This document shows, in pieces, positions 57,841 to 64,000 of a DNA stretch of 64,000 nucleotides; position 1 is the stretch's first letter, and every line of letters starts with the position of its first letter. Made by a program: the position numbers and the translations under genes. The notes beneath the pieces are model-generated. The model saw only the letters and a program-made list of their open reading frames with translations, did no database searches and was not told the DNA's origin. The stretch is from Candidatus Aphodoplasma sp. (GTDB lineage: Bacteria > Bacillota > Clostridia > UBA1381 > UMGS1253), in assembly GCA_045592745.1 (NCBI GenBank), contig JAZNVH010000029.1, forward strand, positions 11,409 through 75,408. The letters run 5' to 3'.

Positions 57841-59055
57841 TTAATCTACCATTTTTCCGACTTCAATGCCGCTTCCGTCTGTGATAACGGCATCATAAAG
57901 CCTCAGATATCCGTCTTTCGCGCTTTTTTCAACAATTGCATACTCTTCATCTTTATAGAGTATATCGATTTTTCGAAATCTTGCAACGCCGTCGTTGTTT
58001 ACAAAAACGCCCGTCTGTTCCTGCTCAACGCGAATCGCACTTACAGGTATTTTTAATCCGTAATAGTTATTTTTTATTATATCAAGATTTACGCATCTTT
58101 CACTGTATACACTTTTTATATAGTTTCTTGATGATATCAGCACAAGAGCATAATCCCCGCTCTGCTCCGAAACAAACTCAACCTGTGCATCCACCTTATC
58201 TGTACTAAGCTCAGGTATTCTCAAACTGACACGGTCGCCCTTTTCCATATCGCCAAGCTCACTTGACTTTATACAAGCGGCAACATACCATATGCCGTTG
58301 TCAACAGTCTTGCAAACCTCTTCGCCCGCCTCATACTTATCCTTCGGCTCAGCTCTTTTAGGAAGAGAAAGCGAATTAAACTCCTCTACACTCATATTCA
58401 TAACCGTATCAGGTTTCAAAAAATTCTCGCAACCATCCACTCCCGATATATACACGCCTGCTCCCGATGAATATATATCCTTTTTTGAAGAATCAATTCT
58501 TCCTTCAACCTCTTTTTTCTTTGCATAAAGCTCGTTTAACGCCTTTTGACGCGGACTTTTTGCGCCCGATATTTCCTTTTGCGCACCCACAAGAGCATTA
58601 AGCTCCTGCGAAAGAACCGAAAGATTTGACAAATCAGACGATATCGAAGCCTCTATCACCTCGTTAACTGATGATTTAACTCGCGTTTCAATCGTTGCAA
58701 TATCATTTCCAAAAATCTGATTTTGTGGCGTTGTTGCCTCAAGCTTTGCAATCTTTTCATTTACGCTGTCAAGCTCGGCTTTTAGTGCAGAATCAATTCC
58801 CTGCGTATACATAGTGGCAATTTTTTTACCCTTTGCCACTCTCGCTTCGTCAAATACCTGTGGCTGAAGGCTGCCTCCGGACTGCGTTTTATATGTAATT
58901 TCATTTCTTACAATAACAGCCGATACATTTATAATATTTTCATGTTCAACCATACGTGCTACCTCTGTGTGCACAGGCTTATTCATAAAATAGCGCACAC
59001 CCCATATTGCCACAATGATTGACACAATTATATATATCCACGCATATTTTCTCAT
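57841..59055 (-). CDS. Membrane-anchored HlyD-like (membrane-fusion / coiled-coil plus beta-barrel) protein
   Basis: N-terminal TM helix YAWIYIIVSIIVAIWGV, then a coiled-coil segment (KAELDSVNEKIAKLEATT), then a beta-rich C-terminus. The family call is tentative. Confidence 0.5.
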   Translation of the reverse strand: MRKYAWIYIIVSIIVAIWGVRYFMNKPVHTEVARMVEHENIINVSAVIVRNEITYKTQSGGSLQPQVFDEARVAKGKKIATMYTQGIDSALKAELDSVNEKIAKLEATTPQNQIFGNDIATIETRVKSSVNEVIEASISSDLSNLSVLSQELNALVGAQKEISGAKSPRQKALNELYAKKKEVEGRIDSSKKDIYSSGAGVYISGVDGCENFLKPDTVMNMSVEEFNSLSLPKRAEPKDKYEAGEEVCKTVDNGIWYVAACIKSSELGDMEKGDRVSLRIPELSTDKVDAQVEFVSEQSGDYALVLISSRNYIKSVYSERCVNLDIIKNNYYGLKIPVSAIRVEQEQTGVFVNNDGVARFRKIDILYKDEEYAIVEKSAKDGYLRLYDAVITDGSGIEVGKMVD

Positions 59056-59149
59056 TCGTATTGCCCCCAAAAATGCTTGTATAAACACTTATATTTATTT
59101 TATCAAACTTTTTTTATAAAAGCAATAGATTTTGTTTTTTATTTACCAC

Positions 59150-59190
59150 ATAAAAAACAAATATGGCGGCAGTTTTTCCCCGCCGCCAAA
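59150..59190 (-). terminator. Terminator after the lipoprotein gene
   Basis: Minus strand: TGGCGGC-loop-GCCGCCA followed by TATTTGTTTTTT. Confidence 0.55.
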
Positions 59191-59201
59191 AGCACAATAT
59201 T

Positions 59202-59744
59202 CTAAACTATTAAAACTGAAGTCTGCACAAAGAAACAATATACACAGTCGCCCTCATATCCTTCTGTGCCATTCCAGCGCGCAAACACCTCATATACGTA
59301 GTTACCCTCTTTTATTTCAAATGAGAAGTCCTTTACCGAAACTGCTTCAAACACTTCAGAATTGTTATTATAATTATCAACTGTCAAACGCCTTATTTCA
59401 ACCTCATCAGGCATAGGTGAACTTTTCAATGTTATTAAATGTGCCGGAACAGACGAAAAAGGCAAAACAGAATGAGGCAAAATTTCTGCCTCAAGCTTTG
59501 GCATATCATCTATCACGGTTTTCGCATAATCAGAACAAATCCCTTGCCTTACACCGTTTTCTGCATCAAAGCTCCAACAGTTACTCCCCATTTTTGCCTC
59601 GATAGTATTGTCGCCATTTGTTACAAAAAGTACAGGTGGCTGTTTTAAAACAGTTTTATCATTTGCCTTTTTAAAGTCACAAGCGTTAAAAAGAGCAGAA
59701 CATACCAAAACGGCAATTAGTATAAAAACGATTTTTGTTTTCAT
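59202..59744 (-). CDS. Lipoprotein of unknown function
   Basis: Signal peptide with lipobox-like LFNA-C. 180 aa. Begins 18 nt downstream of the serpin gene. Confidence 0.6.
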   Translation of the reverse strand: MKTKIVFILIAVLVCSALFNACDFKKANDKTVLKQPPVLFVTNGDNTIEAKMGSNCWSFDAENGVRQGICSDYAKTVIDDMPKLEAEILPHSVLPFSSVPAHLITLKSSPMPDEVEIRRLTVDNYNNNSEVFEAVSVKDFSFEIKEGNYVYEVFARWNGTEGYEGDCVYCFFVQTSVLIV

Positions 59745-59762
59745 AAAGCACCTCCTGCATTA

Positions 59763-61562
59763 TTAGTTTGCAAAAGCATATTCTCCCATAAAAAGTATCT
59801 CATCGCTTATATTGTCCCGAATTATAAAACTAAATGGCCTGTTAAGAACAAATTCTACAGGCTCAGGCATAACGCTGCCGGCTCCCATACTCATTCCCGT
59901 TACAGCCGTAGCTTCGGTGCCATGCTCGTCCACACTTATATATGTTTTGTGTATAGTATCCGTAATCCACATATTACCCGACTCAAGCATCGGCTCAAAC
60001 TCAGCCCCATTCTCCCCTTGCGGATTAAATGCACGTTTTATACCAATATCAGCAAGCATATCATTAAGCGACGTCGAAAATTCAATTTTAAATTTTGGCA
60101 TGCTGAGCCTTACATATTTACTTTCAAAATCTGCCGTTCGCACAGACTGTGCTGCAGCAATGTTTTCATTTTCAGAGAGCATAAGATACATGCTCACATC
60201 TATATCGTCATATCTTTCGACACCTGCCCAATCTCCGTTTTCGTCAAAAACTTCCACAAAATTTTTATAATCAAGCTTAGCAATACGAACACTTTTGTCC
60301 TCATTTTCATAATAATCAAGCCATTTTGTGTCATTCATAAAATCTATTTTGCTTACTTGTCCGTTTCTGTCCGTAAATTCAGCCTTTTTTGTTGCATCAA
60401 TCATAAAATCATCACGCCATGAAGCTTTAAAGTAAACCGCGTTTACAAGATATGCCCAAAAGTCGCTATTATCAACAATTGACGGTATTTTACCATTAGT
60501 TTTTTCATTTACCCAGCCATTTATTATTTGCTTTGCATTCTCGTCTGTGACAGCATCTGCACTCGCACCATAAAATTTTGAAATTTTCTCTTTGTAAATG
60601 TTTGAAAATTGCATTTTAGAGCGGCTTTCGTTAATCCACACCGAGTTTGCAATATCAAGACGCAGAGCATCAATCCTTGAATATTTTTCAATCAGCGAGC
60701 TTGAAGATATATTAAACTCTTCGAGGTCTTTTATCCCGCACGCATCAAGGATTTGCTGTTTTGTCTCATCCTGCGCACCGTTTGCTGCAAGCGCAAGTGC
60801 CATTTTTATTGAAAGCGGTGAAAACATATAGTTTTTATCACTTGGCATAAGATTATTAATTTTATCATCAAAGCTCATCACAAGCTCTCCCTCACCGCAC
60901 GCCGAGTATAGTATCCCGTCAAATGCGTCCTTTTCATAAAGTCCCCGGCTTATAAGCGTTTTATATAACATCTCTCCATTCACAGTTTTTGCACAAAGCG
61001 CAGCAAAGCACAAGCGCGCAGCATCGCTTCGTGTAAGCTCCCAGTCTTTATATACAACCGTGCCCGTAAAATTATTAAGCAAAAGCTCGCTTTCTATTCC
61101 CATATCGTATGCATTTTCAATGGTAATATCCGCATATCCAAGCACGCTCAAAAGTATCTTTACAAATTCACGTCCCGTAATTGTTCTGTCAGGTGCAAAA
61201 TGCGTTTGTGATATGCCGTTTATATACCCCGCCCGATAAAAAGTTTCAATCGTGTCATATGCCCAGTGGTCTTTTATATCTTCAAATATTGGTCCATTAT
61301 CCTCATACGACAAACACCGAAAATAAAAAACGGGCTGTGTGGTACGTCCTATAAGTGCAAGAGCCTCTGCGCGCGTAATACTGCGTTCAAACTCAAAACC
61401 CTTTTCCGTACCGAGCATAATACCAAGCTTATTTAGTGCGTGAGCATCGTTTTCATCAATTGGAATCATATCGCGTGTCAAATCTATTCTCATCGCCCCT
61501 ACACTCAAACTGCTGCTCACCAAAATACACATCACCAAAAAATAACAAAAAAACTTTTTCAC
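59763..61562 (-). CDS. Secreted SLH-domain protein fused to a serpin (serine protease inhibitor) domain
   Basis: Signal peptide. SLH-like repeats (ITRAEALALIGR, WAYDTIETFYRAGYINGISQTHFAPDRTITGREF). Serpin core from MFSPLSIKMALALAANGA to a hinge/RCL DEHGTEATAVTGMSMGAGS and FVLNRPFSFIIRD. Confidence 0.8.
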   Translation of the reverse strand: MKKFFCYFLVMCILVSSSLSVGAMRIDLTRDMIPIDENDAHALNKLGIMLGTEKGFEFERSITRAEALALIGRTTQPVFYFRCLSYEDNGPIFEDIKDHWAYDTIETFYRAGYINGISQTHFAPDRTITGREFVKILLSVLGYADITIENAYDMGIESELLLNNFTGTVVYKDWELTRSDAARLCFAALCAKTVNGEMLYKTLISRGLYEKDAFDGILYSACGEGELVMSFDDKINNLMPSDKNYMFSPLSIKMALALAANGAQDETKQQILDACGIKDLEEFNISSSSLIEKYSRIDALRLDIANSVWINESRSKMQFSNIYKEKISKFYGASADAVTDENAKQIINGWVNEKTNGKIPSIVDNSDFWAYLVNAVYFKASWRDDFMIDATKKAEFTDRNGQVSKIDFMNDTKWLDYYENEDKSVRIAKLDYKNFVEVFDENGDWAGVERYDDIDVSMYLMLSENENIAAAQSVRTADFESKYVRLSMPKFKIEFSTSLNDMLADIGIKRAFNPQGENGAEFEPMLESGNMWITDTIHKTYISVDEHGTEATAVTGMSMGAGSVMPEPVEFVLNRPFSFIIRDNISDEILFMGEYAFAN

Positions 61563-61637
61563 TTTCCGCTCCTCCTTATAAAGTATTTTCTACTCTTTTA
61601 GACGAAGTAAAAAGGAAAAAGTTCCCTGATTTTTTAT

Positions 61638-62480
61638 TTATTCCATAGCAAGATTAAAATACGCACCATTTATCAAAATGTTTTCATCTTTAAGATTGCA
61701 TATCATAGCATATTCACTGCCACACTCGCCATCCTGCAGTACGCGCACAATATACTTGTCCGCTTTAAACATATCACAAAGCACCGATATAACACATTCT
61801 ATACTCATATCATCGCACGCAATTTCACGCACATATACTGTATCGCCCTCGCGAAAGGTATAAACAGCCGCCTGTGCCTTGCCTGTTGATATTTTATAAA
61901 ATTCGCCGCCGCAAAAGCGTGCATATTCCATCACCTTTGAAAGCTCATTTTCTCCCCAAGCTATAAACGGTTCGCTGTTTTTAAAAGCCTTTTTTCGTAT
62001 CTCGTAGTAATCCTTCGCATCGCACACATCACATGTATACAAAAACTCAGGCGCATTAATATTTTCTTTTAAAAATGTTTTTTCACTAAGATAAACCGCA
62101 CGCACATAACGGCGCTTTTCATAAAAATTAAACAGCTCTGTTGACGCAGGCACTAAAAGAGATATTTTTACGTTTTGCTCGCGCATATAACCATGAGCAT
62201 ACTCTAAAAGCCTTGTGCTTATTCCCTGTGAGCGAAAATCGTTATGAGTTGCTACGCCGTAGATATATCTTGCAGGTGTGCATTTTTTGTTTTGCCAAAG
62301 CTCAACAGGATGCATCGTAAGCATCCCCCTGACAATGCCGTTTTCAACGTCAATAATCATATTTTCATTTTTATGAATATTTGAAAAGTAAAAATTTGTT
62401 GACTCATCTGTATCGTCAAACGCCTGTTTCCACAACTTTTTGATTTGCTCTATATAATTGTCAGACGCAAATAAAATCAT
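61638..62480 (-). CDS. GNAT-family N-acetyltransferase with a C-terminal extension
   Basis: Acetyl-CoA motif A YGVATHNDFRSQGISTRLL. 280 aa. Confidence 0.7.
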   Translation of the reverse strand: MILFASDNYIEQIKKLWKQAFDDTDESTNFYFSNIHKNENMIIDVENGIVRGMLTMHPVELWQNKKCTPARYIYGVATHNDFRSQGISTRLLEYAHGYMREQNVKISLLVPASTELFNFYEKRRYVRAVYLSEKTFLKENINAPEFLYTCDVCDAKDYYEIRKKAFKNSEPFIAWGENELSKVMEYARFCGGEFYKISTGKAQAAVYTFREGDTVYVREIACDDMSIECVISVLCDMFKADKYIVRVLQDGECGSEYAMICNLKDENILINGAYFNLAME

Positions 62481-62496
62481 AATGTGTCACCTATTT

Positions 62497-63390
62497 TCAA
62501 TCGCCAATATAACGCGCTATATATTTTTTTGCCACAGCATATGGTCTGTACGAAAGCTTTGCACGTCTTAACCCTTCAACTCCCGCATCGTCCTCGCGGT
62601 CTACATATTTATACCCTGATGCATTGTTTATTACAAACTGCTTATTTATCATAGGGTATGCACCATTTATGTCGGCAAAAGCTTTTTCAATATGCACAAG
62701 ATATATGTCATTATCAAGCTTATCTCCCATGGAAAAAGCAACAACCTGTCCGCCTGCACGCAAAAGCCCGCCGTCAAGCTTTAAGTCAAAAAAATACTTA
62801 AACGCCTGTCTTACGGCACACGCCTCATTTCGAAGTCCCTCATCATTTTGGCAATCCTCACCGTCGCACCACTTTAAATTCATTTGATAGGCCTCGTCAA
62901 TATTTTCCTTAGTAATCGGTTCATATTTCCAATCAGGATAATTTTCTTCAAAACGGTTTATGTGATTTCTCTTTGCAGAAAGCTTTTTTCCGCTAAGCGT
63001 CATAAGCGACTGCGTTTCATATATATAATCTCCCGAATCTCTGTCTTCTGCAAATTCAAATTTGTCGGGATACATTTTTTCAAGCTCTTCCCTCGCTTTT
63101 TCGCTTACGCCGTGAAAGAATGTTTTCATTCCCATGTCGGCACAATATGAAATAATCTTATCAATAGCGCTTTTTTTATCACCATCACCGCAAGGATAAA
63201 GAAAAGACGGCTTTTTTATATCTGCCATACATATAAGGCAGCCGTCAGCTTCGCACGCCTTTGTGTTAAATATCTTTCGCCATATAAACGCTGTCGTAAA
63301 ATTATATTCAAGTGTGCCGTAGCCGTTTTTTATAACAAAGCTGTCAAACCACTCTTTATCTTCAATTTTTATTTCTCTTAACTGCAGCAT
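62497..63390 (-). CDS. DUF2156-like protein (resembles the soluble C-terminal aminoacyl-transferase domain of MprF/LysPGS)
   Basis: About 297 aa, two GNAT-like halves, no TM region. The call rests on overall pattern recognition only. Start ATG 63390 after GGGAGAAG. Confidence 0.55.
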   Translation of the reverse strand: MLQLREIKIEDKEWFDSFVIKNGYGTLEYNFTTAFIWRKIFNTKACEADGCLICMADIKKPSFLYPCGDGDKKSAIDKIISYCADMGMKTFFHGVSEKAREELEKMYPDKFEFAEDRDSGDYIYETQSLMTLSGKKLSAKRNHINRFEENYPDWKYEPITKENIDEAYQMNLKWCDGEDCQNDEGLRNEACAVRQAFKYFFDLKLDGGLLRAGGQVVAFSMGDKLDNDIYLVHIEKAFADINGAYPMINKQFVINNASGYKYVDREDDAGVEGLRRAKLSYRPYAVAKKYIARYIGD

Positions 63391-63695
63391 ATACAAACTT
63401 CTCCCACTTTGATTGTTTCTTTATCCACAGTATAGCATAATTTTCCCAAAAAAGATATACTTTATTAAATTTTTTATAATTTTATAAAAACAAGCCTGTT
63501 ATTTACTCGTTGTTATAATAAACTTTAAACAAACTACATAAAGATATTATATTCATTTACTTTCATTCCACAAGAGATATATCATAATGTTAGTTTTTTT
63601 AGCAATTTGTTGTGCGTTGCTAATTTTTTCTTGCACAAAAGTGCAAAATAGTTTAAAATAAAAAATAAATATATTATAGGGAGAGATGTTATACA

Positions 63696-64000
63696 ATGAA
63701 CACATTAAAATTTGATTATTCAAAAGCAAGCGATTTCATCTCATCATACGAGATTGATTTTTTATCCGAAATGACAAAAACATGTCATGATATGCTCCAC
63801 GCAAAAACAGGCGCAGGCAACGACTTTCTCGGTTGGGTAGACCTGCCCGCAGCATACGACAAGGACGAATTTTCACGCATAAAGGCAGCAGCCGAAAAAA
63901 TAAAGTCAGATTCTGACGTTTTGGTTGTAATCGGAATCGGCGGTTCATATCTTGGTGCACGCGCCGTTATCGAGGCACTTCGTCACAGCTTTTATAATGC
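63696..64000 (+). CDS. pgi: Glucose-6-phosphate isomerase, N-terminal part (runs off the window)
   Basis: My translation: [26 protein letters not shown]...[55 protein letters not shown], typical of the Firmicute Pgi N-terminus. GGGAGAG RBS. Confidence 0.85.
   Translation, partial: MNTLKFDYSKASDFISSYEIDFLSEMTKTCHDMLHAKTGAGNDFLGWVDLPAAYDKDEFSRIKAAAEKIKSDSDVLVVIGIGGSYLGARAVIEALRHSFYN

Noticed and set aside
1-64000. Looked for CRISPR arrays, tandem repeats, rRNA or tRNA genes, IS elements, prophage modules and known defence-system genes
   Set aside because: None was recognised. The only repeated sequence beyond terminator stems is the 51-nt element pair in the islet. Recognition was by eye, so short or diverged repeats could have been missed.

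Overview
Chromosomal segment of a spore-forming Firmicute (Clostridia-like, moderate to low GC by eye). It is almost entirely coding and dominated by conserved housekeeping and sporulation operons. On the minus strand: spoIIIAA-AG, pflB-pflA, hisD-hisB, spoIIGA-sigE-sigG, ylxM-ffh-rpsP-KH-rimM-trmD, rsmD-coaD, pyrR-pyrB-pyrC-pyrF-pyrK-pyrD with a PyrR attenuator, lspA-rluD, aroB, ileS, and the distal dcw genes yggS-sepF-yggT-ylmH-divIVA. On the plus strand: spoIIID, apgM-metG-alaS-HIT, nagB, a TPP-riboswitch-controlled thiT, and the start of pgi. I saw no rRNA, tRNA, CRISPR array or transposon. The unusual content is as follows. (1) An AT-rich three-gene islet sits on the opposite strand between rluD and pyrR: a signal-less lytic-transglycosylase-like protein plus two extracytoplasmic proteins, with a repeated 51-nt element after two of the genes whose hairpin carries a compensatory base-pair change. 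(2) A two-gene PqqD-like (RRE) plus S24/S26-peptidase cassette lies just upstream of a LysM YneA-like gene that has three LexA boxes. (3) A roughly 210-nt structured leader with an intrinsic terminator precedes an MFS-transporter/methyltransferase operon, and I cannot assign it to a riboswitch class. (4) A decaying carbohydrate locus holds an orphan solute-binding protein, a 950-aa SGNH esterase and a frameshifted, internally deleted glycoside hydrolase. (5) A tyrosine recombinase is embedded in a hisD-hisB-HAD-chrA gene string. (6) An SLH-anchored serpin. (7) A yggT gene with no canonical start codon, absent from the ORF track. All functional calls come from reading motifs by eye; no database search was possible.
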